From a virus (Duplodnaviria; Caudoviricetes): 52,698 bases of DNA. Positions 17,826 to 27,024 of the stretch are shown piece by piece. The position numbers were made by a program, and so were the translations under genes. Position 1 is the stretch's first letter; each line of letters starts with the position of its first letter. The stretch is from IMG/VR virus record IMGVR_UViG_3300048800_000113, positions 1-52,698 of that record, one strand, 5' to 3'. The notes beneath the pieces were generated by a model. That model did no database searches. It saw only the letters and a list, made by a program, of their open reading frames with translations, and was not told the DNA's origin.

Positions 17826-18493
17826 GAGCCAGATACAACGGCCAGGATGGAGAGCTGACCATCGAGCAGTGCACCCTGCTGCGCTACAACGAGAACGGGA
17901 AGATCCGCAAGTTCTACCAGCAGATGCTGGTGGCCTTTCACCCTGACGGCCAACAAGGATTCTTCTGGTCGGTCTCGAACTGGGGCCCCGGCCCAGAGGA
18001 ACCGTGGAACAACGGCCGCGACCTGAAGGGCGGGATCAAGTCGGAGGCTCATGGCAGCCAGTACATGGGCGAGCAGGCGAACAAGCGACAGGTCGACACC
18101 AAGATCAGAGGTGGCTACACGTTCTACAGCGAGTTCAATGCTGCCGCCAATGTGGAGCCGCCACCGAAGATACTCTCCGAGCTAGGCATCAGTCGATCCC
18201 TGGCTCCCCGACCCGGGATCGCGACCGGGGCCGCGACAACGACACCTCGGACTGCGCCATCCCCGGTCGTGCCTGCCAACGTCCGTTGGCAGCCCCTGAA
18301 TGACCTGCGAGCCACGATCAGCGACCGGTCGGCGGTGGCCATGCAGTCCCTCATGGACGGTGACCTACCGGCGGTGATCGCAGAACGTCAGACCCTCATC
18401 GACCTGCTGGGTGAGATCCGTGCGCTCCATGAGACCGGTGAAGGTCAGCTGGAGATGCTCACCATGAAGCTTGCCGCGGAGTTGAAGAAGTAG
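17822..18493 (+). CDS. WGR-domain-like protein
   Basis: KFYQ...NWGP...K...KIRGGY resembles the WGR nucleic-acid-binding pattern; GGAGGAG RBS. Confidence 0.5.
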   Translation: MRARYNGQDGELTIEQCTLLRYNENGKIRKFYQQMLVAFHPDGQQGFFWSVSNWGPGPEEPWNNGRDLKGGIKSEAHGSQYMGEQANKRQVDTKIRGGYTFYSEFNAAANVEPPPKILSELGISRSLAPRPGIATGAATTTPRTAPSPVVPANVRWQPLNDLRATISDRSAVAMQSLMDGDLPAVIAERQTLIDLLGEIRALHETGEGQLEMLTMKLAAELKK

Positions 18494-18553
18494 ACGCCCC
18501 GCTATCAAGCAGGTATCGTTCTTGTCATTCCAACAACACAAAGAAGGTGTTCG

Positions 18554-19612
18554 ATGCACGCTTCAGGCTTCCTCGCTTATCAGCTGGCCCGCACCAACGG
18601 CGGTGCCTACCGCGGCCACGGACCCAAGGTCAAGCGGGGCCTTGAGATCCTCGAAGGCCCCTACCCCAAGTCGTTCGTCGAGTTCGTCGGCCAGAGCACG
18701 GCACGCTCCCAGATCCTCGCCTCCATCACGGCCTCGGTCGTGCTGAGCCAACCGATGGACCACATGCTCCTGGCCTCCGGTCAGCCCGGCGTCGGGAAGA
18801 CTGCACTGGCCCGGCTCACCGCCTTCAAGCTCGGCGCTGGCATGGTCGAGCTCTCCGGTCTGGTCAGCGACAAGGACGCAGCCAAGGCCCTGAAGGTGAT
18901 GCGAGACGGCGACGTCCTGCTCATCGATGAAATCCACCGACTCGTGGGGCAGGGCAAGTCCCGGGCTGAGTGGCTGCTGACCCTCATGCAGGACGGCGAG
19001 CTGCACATGCCAACGGGCGTTATCGTCGCCCCAAAGATCACCATCATCGCAGCGACCACGGACAAGGAGCGCATCCCGCAGACCATCCTGGACAGGTTCG
19101 TGCTCCAGCCCATCCTCGAGCCCTACAGCCTGGAGGAGGGCGTGGAGATCGCCAAGCTCCAGGCCACTCGGCTTGGGTTCGGCACCGAGCTGCTGCCCAT
19201 GCCAGAGGACGACACCTGGCTGCGCACCGCGGCCCACGCTGCCCGGCACAACCCCAGGCGCATCGGCAAGCTGCTCTCCTCTGTGCGGGACGTGGCCCTG
19301 TCCACCAACGGCTCCAACCTGAGCGAGGCTGGGTACGACATCTCGCTGGCGCTGGAGTGGAACGGCCTCACCAAGGATGGCATCACCCGCAGCGGTCAGG
19401 ACTACCTGATGGCCCTGCTGGCCTACGGCGGCACAGCCGGCCAGTCCACCCTCAAGGCGCTACTCAATGAGGAGCTGCTGGTCCAGACCGAGAGGGATCT
19501 GGTGCAGGACGGCTTCATGGAGGTCACCCCTCGCGGCCGCACCCTGACCGACTACGGCAATGAACGAGCGATCCAGCTCGCCAACAACAAGATGGAGGTA
19601 CAACCAGCATGA
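18554..19612 (+). CDS. ruvB: Holliday junction branch-migration ATPase RuvB-like
   Basis: PKSFVEFVGQ, DHMLL.SGQPGVGKT, DVLLIDEIHRL, IIAATT, LDRF, PRR...VRD, C-terminal TPRGR winged helix. Confidence 0.88.
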   Translation: MHASGFLAYQLARTNGGAYRGHGPKVKRGLEILEGPYPKSFVEFVGQSTARSQILASITASVVLSQPMDHMLLASGQPGVGKTALARLTAFKLGAGMVELSGLVSDKDAAKALKVMRDGDVLLIDEIHRLVGQGKSRAEWLLTLMQDGELHMPTGVIVAPKITIIAATTDKERIPQTILDRFVLQPILEPYSLEEGVEIAKLQATRLGFGTELLPMPEDDTWLRTAAHAARHNPRRIGKLLSSVRDVALSTNGSNLSEAGYDISLALEWNGLTKDGITRSGQDYLMALLAYGGTAGQSTLKALLNEELLVQTERDLVQDGFMEVTPRGRTLTDYGNERAIQLANNKMEVQPA

Positions 19613-19881
19613 ACAACATTCCACGATCAGCCAGAGATCTCATCGCCGCGTTGCGCAGACAACGGAAGGCGGCACTGCGCGAGTGCGGTCATCTGGGCGA
19701 GAAGCTCCACACCGCTCGGCTGGAGATCGAGGTGCAGCGGCACCGGATCAAGGAGCTGGAGGACAAGCTCCGCGAGGAGACCTTCGAGGATGAACTGGAT
19801 GCTCACATCGCAGAGTCGATGAAAGACCCTGAATACGCTGCCGCGGTCGCTGCCGCAGACAAAGAGAAGGCGGAGTCGTGA
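19609..19881 (+). CDS. Hypothetical coiled-coil protein
   Basis: GGAGG RBS, ATGA overlap. Confidence 0.6.
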   Translation: MNNIPRSARDLIAALRRQRKAALRECGHLGEKLHTARLEIEVQRHRIKELEDKLREETFEDELDAHIAESMKDPEYAAAVAAADKEKAES

Positions 19882-20066
19882 CCTACAAGACGATCCGCCG
19901 AGACCGGGTCAAACCGGGCGACCTGGCTTTGCACAAGGACAATCAACTCGACGCTCGAGAAGTCGCCCGCGTCGATGGCGACTCCATCTGGATCTGGATC
20001 GGCCGCGACCCCTTCGGTCCCTACCCCAGGGAGAACTACACCTACAGCCGCAGGACATCGTCATGA
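19878..20066 (+). CDS. Small hypothetical protein
   Basis: GTGA overlap. Confidence 0.55.
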   Translation: MTYKTIRRDRVKPGDLALHKDNQLDAREVARVDGDSIWIWIGRDPFGPYPRENYTYSRRTSS

Positions 20067-20569
20067 CCACCTTCAGCCTGACCGAGGTCTGTCACGCCGT
20101 CATGCGTGAGGGCATCACCGCCTACATCGAGCACACCGGCAGCGGCGTGATGACCCTCTACGCAGGCCACCAGGTCGACAGCATCTGGACCGTGGCCGCA
20201 GGCCCCGGTCGTGCAGGGGTCTACCACGCCGAGGAGCCCGGAGGGGTCTACCTCCCGCCACCAGCGGCGATCGTTGCCAACACTGAGGCCTTCTCGGTCG
20301 GGCCCGGCAACATGCAGACGTGGGTAGCGCAACCCGAGAGGGTGTGGGTCTGCCCCGAGTCTGCCATCGTCGCGGAGATCGCCGACGAGATCATCCGCCA
20401 GGTGCGCGAACACGCCGCACAAACGCCCGTTGTTACGCCCGTCAAGACCTGGCCAGACACACCAGAGGAGCGTCTGGCCTTCATCGAATGGCAGTACGAG
20501 GTCGAGGCTGGCGACACGCTGCGCGGCTTCCGTGACTGGCTCGCAGCCAAAGAGGAGAACCCGCAATGA
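20063..20569 (+). CDS. Hypothetical protein
   Basis: ATGA overlap; WQYEVEAGDT.RG..DW C-terminal motif. Confidence 0.6.
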   Translation: MTTFSLTEVCHAVMREGITAYIEHTGSGVMTLYAGHQVDSIWTVAAGPGRAGVYHAEEPGGVYLPPPAAIVANTEAFSVGPGNMQTWVAQPERVWVCPESAIVAEIADEIIRQVREHAAQTPVVTPVKTWPDTPEERLAFIEWQYEVEAGDTLRGFRDWLAAKEENPQ

Positions 20570-20913
20570 GCTACTACCCCAAAGAGGAAGCCCGCTTCAT
20601 CAAGGACACCGCCGAGCACGAGATGACCATTCTGCACAACGATGGCCTGTACCGGCACCTGCGCTTCAAGAAGCCCGGCACCCGCTTCTACTGGTTCGAC
20701 CTGATCACCTGGCCCGGCTACCTCACTATCGCCGGGGACATGGGCACCTTCACCTTCGAGCGCACCGAGGACATGCTCACGTTCTTCCGGGGCGCCGGAG
20801 ACATCAACCCCCAGTACTGGAGCGAGAAGATCCGCCCCAACGCTCTATTGGGCGTTAAGGTCATCATCGACCCCACGCTCACGGGCATGGATTACCGGAT
20901 CGCCGAGTCATGA
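20566..20913 (+). CDS. Conserved phage hypothetical protein
   Basis: DGLYRHLRF..YWFDLITWPG..GDMG..INP.YWSEK pattern. Confidence 0.65.
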   Translation: MSYYPKEEARFIKDTAEHEMTILHNDGLYRHLRFKKPGTRFYWFDLITWPGYLTIAGDMGTFTFERTEDMLTFFRGAGDINPQYWSEKIRPNALLGVKVIIDPTLTGMDYRIAES

Positions 20914-21122
20914 CACGGGCGCCGGCGTGGATGAGCAAACACCCCTGCAGGGCTTGCGGCACCGGCTACGGAATCTGCGGCGAAGGCGCGATACACAGTC
21001 TCATGTGCTGCCCGGCCTGCAGCCACCCGTCGCGATGGGCCGAGAACCCTTGGACCTCAGCAGACGTGATCGAGATGTGGGAGGGCAAGGACATCCGCGA
21101 CGCACTGGAGCCGAAGCCATGA
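20910..21122 (+). CDS. Small Cys-rich protein
   Basis: CRACG..C..CCPACSH. Confidence 0.5.
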   Translation: MTRAPAWMSKHPCRACGTGYGICGEGAIHSLMCCPACSHPSRWAENPWTSADVIEMWEGKDIRDALEPKP

Positions 21123-21448
21123 GTTACGCCGAACTGACCGAGGACGACGCCGTGCGGCGCGGGACGTATGTCAAAGCGATCGGGTACGTCATCGCCAATC
21201 CTCAGACTCGCGCGTCCCTAGCCAACGCGTGCATGGCTGTCGCTGATGCCGAACTGCACGACATCAAGAGGGCAACTCTCCACAAGGCTGCCGCGATGCT
21301 CCGGCGAACAAGTGGCCCGAATCCAGCCGAGGACGCGGACTTCGACGGCTACGACGTGCACATGGTGCAGGAGGCTGCCCTCTGGGATGGAACGATGGGC
21401 GCAGCGGACACTCTGGACGAGTACGCCGACATGGTCCGTCCCTTATGA
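21119..21448 (+). CDS. Hypothetical protein
   Basis: ATGA overlap. Confidence 0.5.
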   Translation: MSYAELTEDDAVRRGTYVKAIGYVIANPQTRASLANACMAVADAELHDIKRATLHKAAAMLRRTSGPNPAEDADFDGYDVHMVQEAALWDGTMGAADTLDEYADMVRPL

Positions 21449-21458
21449 GTGGCCGGTC

Positions 21459-21665
21459 ATGAGCGAGGACAAGTGCCGGCCCGTCGAGGTCGACGGAGAG
21501 ATCATCCCCGTCCTTGGCGGCGCCGAGATGGACGCCAACGACCGCGAGATGTTCGCCGACCTCGTGCGGGCGGCCAAACGCAAACTGGCAGCTGAACACG
21601 ACGGCTACCCGATCCAGACCGCGATGTGGGACGAGCCGCCCAAGTACGAGCCGGAGAAGCCGTGA
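21459..21665 (+). CDS. Hypothetical protein
   Basis: Last clear rightward ORF before the convergence point. Confidence 0.5.
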   Translation: MSEDKCRPVEVDGEIIPVLGGAEMDANDREMFADLVRAAKRKLAAEHDGYPIQTAMWDEPPKYEPEKP

Positions 21666-21750
21666 GCGAGCCCCTCCGCTCCCCTGACCAGCCGATGTGT
21701 CCCGAGTGGCAAGATGTGCATGAACTTAGGATCGGCTTACTAGAGCCGGA

Positions 21751-22527
21751 TCAAATTGCCTGACCTGCCAACGTCCGCTGTAAGACCACCATGGACCGCG
21801 TGTGCAGCAGGCTGATCCAGGACTCTGTCACGTCCAGCACCACGGCGATGTCCTTCAGCGACATGCCCACCTTGCCTCCCTCGGGACTGGCATACAGCAT
21901 CTGCAGCAGCACCCGTTCCTGCTCTGGCAGTTTCGGGATGGCCTCAGCCAGCCGCTGCGCGAACAGCGTCGCCTCCTCCCGCACCTCTTCGCCATCCTCG
22001 GACACGAGAGTGTCCGCGACGGTGAACTCCCCCTCACCACCGATCGCCTTGTTGATGGACGTCACGACTGCCATCCGACGATCGGACCCGAGCCGGCGCA
22101 GCTCCGGCACACTCATACCAACGCGCGTTGCTACCTCGTCCTCTGTCGGCGGGCGGCCGAGCCTCAGCTCTAGATCCGTCATCGCCTGGACCACGACGCG
22201 GGACCTCGCGCGCACGCTCCGCGGCTCCCATGCCTGCCCACGCATCTCGTCGGTGATCGCACCACGGATGCGATAGGTGGCGAACGTGGAGAACTTCACG
22301 CCTGCATCCAGGTCGAACTTCTCGATGGCATCCATGAGCCCGAACATCCCGTACGAGACAAGATCTTGGCGCTCCACTGAGGAGTGCAGGGAAGGCATCA
22401 TGCGGCCCGCCACGTACCGCACCAGGGGGATGTGAGCCACGATCAGGACCTCGCGGTCCTCCAGCGTCGGAGTGGCCTTGTAGCGCACCCACACAGCTGC
22501 GACCTCGCTGCTAATTGACGTTGTCAT
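21751..22527 (-). CDS. whiG: RNA polymerase sigma factor, FliA/WhiG (sigma-28) family
   Basis: PLVRYVAGR, DLVSYGMFGLMDAIEKFD..GVKFSTFATYRIRGAITDEMR..W.PRSVR, LGRPPTEDEVA, LPEQER..MSLKDIA.VL.VTESWIS.LHT. Confidence 0.9.
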   Translation of the reverse strand: MTTSISSEVAAVWVRYKATPTLEDREVLIVAHIPLVRYVAGRMMPSLHSSVERQDLVSYGMFGLMDAIEKFDLDAGVKFSTFATYRIRGAITDEMRGQAWEPRSVRARSRVVVQAMTDLELRLGRPPTEDEVATRVGMSVPELRRLGSDRRMAVVTSINKAIGGEGEFTVADTLVSEDGEEVREEATLFAQRLAEAIPKLPEQERVLLQMLYASPEGGKVGMSLKDIAVVLDVTESWISLLHTRSMVVLQRTLAGQAI

Positions 22528-22671
22528 GCGGCCAGGCCCAGCATCCGCAGGAAGAGCAGCTCCTCGGTCTCGTCGACCGCGTGTCTGCGAACGCACGTTA
22601 CCGCGGCAGCCCGGACCTCCTCGAGCTGGATGCCCTCCTGCTCAATCACCACGTGCTGCATCCGAGTCATG

Positions 22672-22989
22672 TCATCCACCGCTTCTCTCCCTTGCTCGAT
22701 ACCAGCGCAGTAATTGGAGCCCGTTCACGCCGTCGGTGATCGCCACCTGCTGGAGTATCGGGAGCCAGAGGGTCTTATTTCGATGCACGATCGGTAGGTG
22801 ACAGTCATGGCCAGGAGTCCAGCCGATCGTGATGAGATTTGCTGGCGTATTGATGACACCCGACGACCGATACAAGATGTGATGAAGGCCTGGCATGTCT
22901 ACGAACCTCCCGCAGACGCGGCAGCAGCCACCGTCTCTGGCGTAGACCTCTTCACGCACCGACGCGGGTACGCGGTCATGCTCAGCCAC
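22672..22989 (-). CDS. HNH endonuclease
   Basis: VYARDGGCCRVCG..LHHI.YRS..NLITI..CH. Confidence 0.8.
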   Translation of the reverse strand: MAEHDRVPASVREEVYARDGGCCRVCGRFVDMPGLHHILYRSSGVINTPANLITIGWTPGHDCHLPIVHRNKTLWLPILQQVAITDGVNGLQLLRWYRARERSGG

Positions 22990-23458
22990 AATGCAGCCTG
23001 AGATAGTCAGCCGCAGCCTGCGCTATGTCAGCATCATCGTGCAGATGCCCAAGCGCCACATTGCAAGAAGGGCAGAGCAGGCCTCTGAGAACGCCCGTTA
23101 CATGATCGTGATCAGCATGAAATCCCTGCCTCCTGCCCCGGCCTTTGATTGGCTGAGGCACCTGCAGGCAGATAGCGCAAAGACCTTTCTGTCTGTCGTA
23201 GGCAGCGTTGTACTCACTAGCATCGACATGCTTCATTACTCGGTAACACTGATAGTGGGAGTTGCAAAGACCTTGGCCCCGAGCCACCTTGCCGCAATTC
23301 CGTATCTCACAAATCCCTGCTGGTCGCTTGACGCCTATCTCAGGCAATGAGCGCACCCCGAGCGGCGACCCGGTCCTGCAGACCCGCCCGTAGTGAGGTT
23401 TGCAGTAGCCCTTAGCGTGAGAAATCCGCAAACAACCCTCAACCAAACAGCCACTCAT
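22982..23458 (-). CDS. Endonuclease VII-like protein with N-terminal Zn repeats
   Basis: Q.GLCAIC..DHDH.TG..RGLLC..CN.ALG; two CxxxxC..G.C..HY repeats; lower GC. Confidence 0.85.
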   Translation of the reverse strand: MSGCLVEGCLRISHAKGYCKPHYGRVCRTGSPLGVRSLPEIGVKRPAGICEIRNCGKVARGQGLCNSHYQCYRVMKHVDASEYNAAYDRQKGLCAICLQVPQPIKGRGRRQGFHADHDHVTGVLRGLLCPSCNVALGHLHDDADIAQAAADYLRLHCG

Positions 23459-23784
23459 GGCGTGTCACCCGGCCTTGCAGGCAAGTGCTCGCTGGTCGCT
23501 ACGTTCCGGTCATCGTCCTCGTCCTCGTCATCATCGTCATCGTCGGGAAGATCAGGGACAGGAATCTCGTACGCCGGCGAGCTGGTGAAGTCCTCAAGAA
23601 CGTCAGTTAGCAGAGCCTCGACAGCTGCTTCGAGCTCGTCGATCTCCGTGTCGTAGTTGGAGCCACGCATGATGGAGATGTGGTGGGTCTGAACGACGGC
23701 GCCGCCCAAACGCACGTCTGCATCGTCCATGTAGGCCAGGTCGACCGAGCTGGGGTTGATCTGGATGGAGCCGATGATCCTCAC
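23455..23784 (-). CDS. Acidic hypothetical protein
   Basis: Overlap-coupled; poly-Asp tract. Confidence 0.6.
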   Translation of the reverse strand: MRIIGSIQINPSSVDLAYMDDADVRLGGAVVQTHHISIMRGSNYDTEIDELEAAVEALLTDVLEDFTSSPAYEIPVPDLPDDDDDDEDEDDDRNVATSEHLPARPGDTP

Positions 23785-24146
23785 GTGAGGTTCTTACCCG
23801 CACAGAACGGGCAACCCTTGCCAGAGACATCCTTGTGCCATGACCTCATGTGGCTAGGGTGCACGCAGCCAGAGGCACACTTCCCGCGCCCCTCGATTCG
23901 GTGAGTCCCGTTCCGGTGAGCCGCGGCCCGCAACTCTGCGCACCGCGGGCACGCATACAGATCGCCACCATCCCACGAGCGGGCCTCTGAGCAGTCCGCA
24001 GCGCAGTACCGGCACACCGGGTGCCACGGACCGTCTATGGCCTTCAGGACCGCCCGCACGTCCGCAGGAACGGCGTGTCCGTGGAAGTCCAGAGGCACCC
24101 CGTTCATCACTGAGTCCACCAGATCGAAGACATAGGGCTTGGTCAT
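23781..24146 (-). CDS. Cys-rich hypothetical protein
   Basis: ATGA overlap; CRYC, CPRC, CPFC. Confidence 0.55.
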   Translation of the reverse strand: MTKPYVFDLVDSVMNGVPLDFHGHAVPADVRAVLKAIDGPWHPVCRYCAADCSEARSWDGGDLYACPRCAELRAAAHRNGTHRIEGRGKCASGCVHPSHMRSWHKDVSGKGCPFCAGKNLT

Positions 24147-24565
24147 AGGTCCTTCCCCTCCAGCATCGGTGCCGTCTCGAAGTGAGCGAGCACCGCCTCT
24201 GCCACATCCTCGACAGCTACGTGCAGGGTCGGCCCGAAGAGCTTCTCGCCCCTCAGGGGTGGGAAGTGGTCTGCCCCAAGCAAGAATCTCTGGACAGACT
24301 GGACCGCCTCGGGAAGACGCGCGGGATCCATTTCGATGACGATGACGGCCGTCTTGTACTGGGGCTCGGCAACGGGCGTTGTGAGGGTGGCGATCGCCAT
24401 CTCCAGGTCCATCTGGGCGTCGTGACCATCCTGGGGGTGGTGCTGATGGATCCACCAGCCACCCTGGTCCTCGTTGTGCTGCCAGAAGATGTTGGTGCTG
24501 CACACCGTGCAGACAGACGTCGGTACATCGTCAGGAGGTGGCCACGGGAGCGGTGGGGTAATCAT
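24143..24565 (-). CDS. Hypothetical protein
   Basis: ATGA overlap. Confidence 0.6.
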   Translation of the reverse strand: MITPPLPWPPPDDVPTSVCTVCSTNIFWQHNEDQGGWWIHQHHPQDGHDAQMDLEMAIATLTTPVAEPQYKTAVIVIEMDPARLPEAVQSVQRFLLGADHFPPLRGEKLFGPTLHVAVEDVAEAVLAHFETAPMLEGKDL

Positions 24566-25023
24566 GCCTTCACCTGCTGATGACGGGTGCCGTCGCAGTA
24601 CGCGGCTTCGTCACCGCACGTGGCGCAGATCCGGATACGACGCTTCTGTATCGGATCCCACAGTGACGTGGTGAGAACCTCAGCCTCGATCCCGGCCCGG
24701 ACCATGACCCGCTGGATCTTGCCGAACAGGCGATCGATGGACTCCTGCCTACCCTCAGTCAGGTGCTCGATCGCGCACAGGGCCGTGACCGCTACGTCCA
24801 GCAACTCCTCGATCACGTCGTCGATGTCATGCGTGACACCCTTGCGGGGGTTCTGGCCGGTCGCGCCGATGTAGCACTGGATGACCTCGCCGCACTCCTC
24901 AGAGACCTTGGCGAGGCGACCCCACGTCACCGCCTCAGGATCTCTCTTGGCATTCGCTGTGCTCTGGTCGATCCAGTTGCTCAATGCCACCAAGCGACTG
25001 GCTGCTTCCGTGCTTGTGCTCAT
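24562..25023 (-). CDS. MazG-like nucleotide pyrophosphohydrolase
   Basis: KVSEECGEVIQ...GQNPRKG...EELLDVAVTAL acidic MazG motif. Confidence 0.8.
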   Translation of the reverse strand: MSTSTEAASRLVALSNWIDQSTANAKRDPEAVTWGRLAKVSEECGEVIQCYIGATGQNPRKGVTHDIDDVIEELLDVAVTALCAIEHLTEGRQESIDRLFGKIQRVMVRAGIEAEVLTTSLWDPIQKRRIRICATCGDEAAYCDGTRHQQVKA

Positions 25024-25047
25024 GTGAATCTCCTTGACGAGAAGGGA

Positions 25048-25148
25048 TGAGGCGGGGCGCAGGAGCGCTCATAGCAGGATCGGAACAGTCCCGAGCGGTC
25101 CTTGGGCCTCGAGCCATGATGAATGTTGACCGTTGACGCCCCGCCTCA
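25048..25148. other. Intergenic long hairpin (candidate structured RNA)
   Basis: Perfect 12-bp closing stem TGAGGCGGGGCG/CGCCCCGCCTCA with nested inner stems. Confidence 0.55.
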
Positions 25149-25151
25149 GGA

Positions 25152-25607
25152 CTAAGGGGTGACTGGACGGGCGCGGACGATGCCGTCGTCGTTGGGGTTG
25201 GAGCTGTCGAAGGGCACGACAACGAGCGTTTCCACCGGCTTGAGGATCTGCTGCCGCACCGTCTCTCCGGTCTTGGGGTGGACGTAGTGGTTGACACCCA
25301 CGACCCGGTACACACCCACGGCACGCACGAGGTCGTCCATCGACACGGTGATGTCACCAGCCTCGATCACGCACGCGCCAGAGATCTTGATCTGCTTCAT
25401 GCCTACCTGTGCGCCCTCGAACGTGGCCACGGGGCCCACGGTCTGGACTGGAGGCTGCTGCGGAGCAGCAGGCGGAGCCGGGGCTGCCGTGGTAGCCGGC
25501 GCAGCTGCCGCTGCAGGGCTTGGAACGGAAACGAGCGTTGGCGCGGCCGTGCTCAGCTCCGGGTCAGGGCTCGAGCCGTCCGTGAAGGCGATGGCGAGGT
25601 CAGACAT
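25152..25607 (-). CDS. Hypothetical protein with Pro/Ala-rich N-terminus
   Basis: GAAGGA RBS; GC3 bias. Confidence 0.65.
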   Translation of the reverse strand: MSDLAIAFTDGSSPDPELSTAAPTLVSVPSPAAAAAPATTAAPAPPAAPQQPPVQTVGPVATFEGAQVGMKQIKISGACVIEAGDITVSMDDLVRAVGVYRVVGVNHYVHPKTGETVRQQILKPVETLVVVPFDSSNPNDDGIVRARPVTP

Positions 25608-25956
25608 GTGATCCTTCTTTCGTTGGGGGTAGACCTTGATCGCTCGGCGCGGCAGGCGCAGGAACTGACTTGCCAGTCATGGCGCTCCGCACGGACCTGC
25701 AGTGCTGACGGAAGGAGTCCAGCCAAGCCTCTGGAAGGCCTTCCTTCCTGGCCTCAACGAGCAGCTTCTCCATGTCGGTGACCAAGAACTTGGCCAGATC
25801 CGGTTCGCCAGCCTCGGCCAGCAGACGTACGGCACGAGCCATGCCCACCAACCGCTTGGCTGATTCCTTGGGCAACTCCTCAGCCAACTGAACCGCCTGA
25901 ACGAACTTCAGGAGTCTGCTCGTGCGGCCATCCACCACCACGTCGAGCATCCTCAT
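25600..25956 (-). CDS. Hypothetical protein
   Basis: ATGA overlap. Confidence 0.6.
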   Translation of the reverse strand: MRMLDVVVDGRTSRLLKFVQAVQLAEELPKESAKRLVGMARAVRLLAEAGEPDLAKFLVTDMEKLLVEARKEGLPEAWLDSFRQHCRSVRSAMTGKSVPAPAAPSDQGLPPTKEGSHV

Positions 25957-26333
25957 GGCAGACGTCGAGTCAGGTAATCAAGCGCTCGCTGGAATACCTG
26001 TTGATCTTCGGCAAACGCACCGAGAGCGGAATTGCAGGGCTGGCACAACACACCACGCACCACACCTGTTAGGTGGTTATGGTCAACGTATTTCGCCGGA
26101 CGGAGGAGGCAGATCGGACAAAGCCCATCAGGCCGACGCAAGGCATCAAACTCCCTGACAGACAGACCGTAGGTATTCAGGAGATGGTTCTGATACTTGG
26201 CCAGCCGACACGATCTCTCCTCTCCCGAGAACTCATCTGGTGGATGTTCCTGTTGATGACCACCGCACCAGCGCATACCTTCTGAAACGAGGCGAGGAGG
26301 TCTTCCGACTGGATTTCCGGTCCTGGCTGTCAT
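25953..26333 (-). CDS. Endonuclease VII-like protein
   Basis: YGLS..F...CPIC....VDHNH.TGVVRGVLC..CN.ALG.F. Confidence 0.85.
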   Translation of the reverse strand: MTARTGNPVGRPPRLVSEGMRWCGGHQQEHPPDEFSGEERSCRLAKYQNHLLNTYGLSVREFDALRRPDGLCPICLLRPAKYVDHNHLTGVVRGVLCQPCNSALGAFAEDQQVFQRALDYLTRRLP

Positions 26334-26542
26334 CACTCGTGCCTTGCGATGGAGGCGTTGGCCCAGAACACGGCCTCTTCAATGTGCGTGACTGCGAGCG
26401 ACTGCTCCCGGCCATCGGGACACTCAGAGACGATGAGGCGAGCGAACTCCTTGCCCGCTGCACGGATCGCTTCGTACCGCAATGGCTGCCCATCCTTGGG
26501 TGCGTGATAGGTGAACCTATTCTCGAGATCGGCTTGGGTCAT
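26333..26542 (-). CDS. Acb2/Tad1-like helical-hairpin protein (candidate cyclic-nucleotide sponge)
   Basis: AAAGGAG RBS; NRFTYHAP...CPDGREQSLAVTHIEEAVFWANASIAR. Confidence 0.6.
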   Translation of the reverse strand: MTQADLENRFTYHAPKDGQPLRYEAIRAAGKEFARLIVSECPDGREQSLAVTHIEEAVFWANASIARHE

Positions 26543-27024
26543 TCCAGTTCTCCTTTGGTAACGGGCGTTGTTGCCCTTGCTTGCTTCCACCTGTCGAGCA
26601 CCTCTCGACGGAAGGGTCCACGGGTCAGGAGTAGGTGCTCGATCCAGGTGGCGCTGTCCGGTCCTGGCAACGCACGTTCGAGATCAAGGGCCGCCTGGAT
26701 CTCCTGACTCAGCTCGGGCACCGCGATGCGACGAGCCTCGCGCTTGGCGTCGGCGATGAAACCGCACAGCTGCCACGACTCCTTCACCGCCACGTCGTGC
26801 TGGTGGCAGTACCTCGCGGTCATCGCGAAGTCCGCCAGAGAGATGCTCCTCTTGCGCCTGATCGCCTTGAGCTTGGCGATCTCCCTGATCCGGAACTTGA
26901 ACCACGGATCAGTGCCCGCCTCGTCGTAGTCACCGATGCCGAACAGGCTGTGCAGCATGTCGAACAGGTCAGCGTCCGTCTTCGGCTGGACCTCCAGCGC
27001 TCTGTTCACGACTACCTCAGTCAT
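26539..27024 (-). CDS. Hypothetical protein
   Basis: ATGA overlap with downstream gene; GC3 bias. Confidence 0.65.
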   Translation of the reverse strand: MTEVVVNRALEVQPKTDADLFDMLHSLFGIGDYDEAGTDPWFKFRIREIAKLKAIRRKRSISLADFAMTARYCHQHDVAVKESWQLCGFIADAKREARRIAVPELSQEIQAALDLERALPGPDSATWIEHLLLTRGPFRREVLDRWKQARATTPVTKGELE

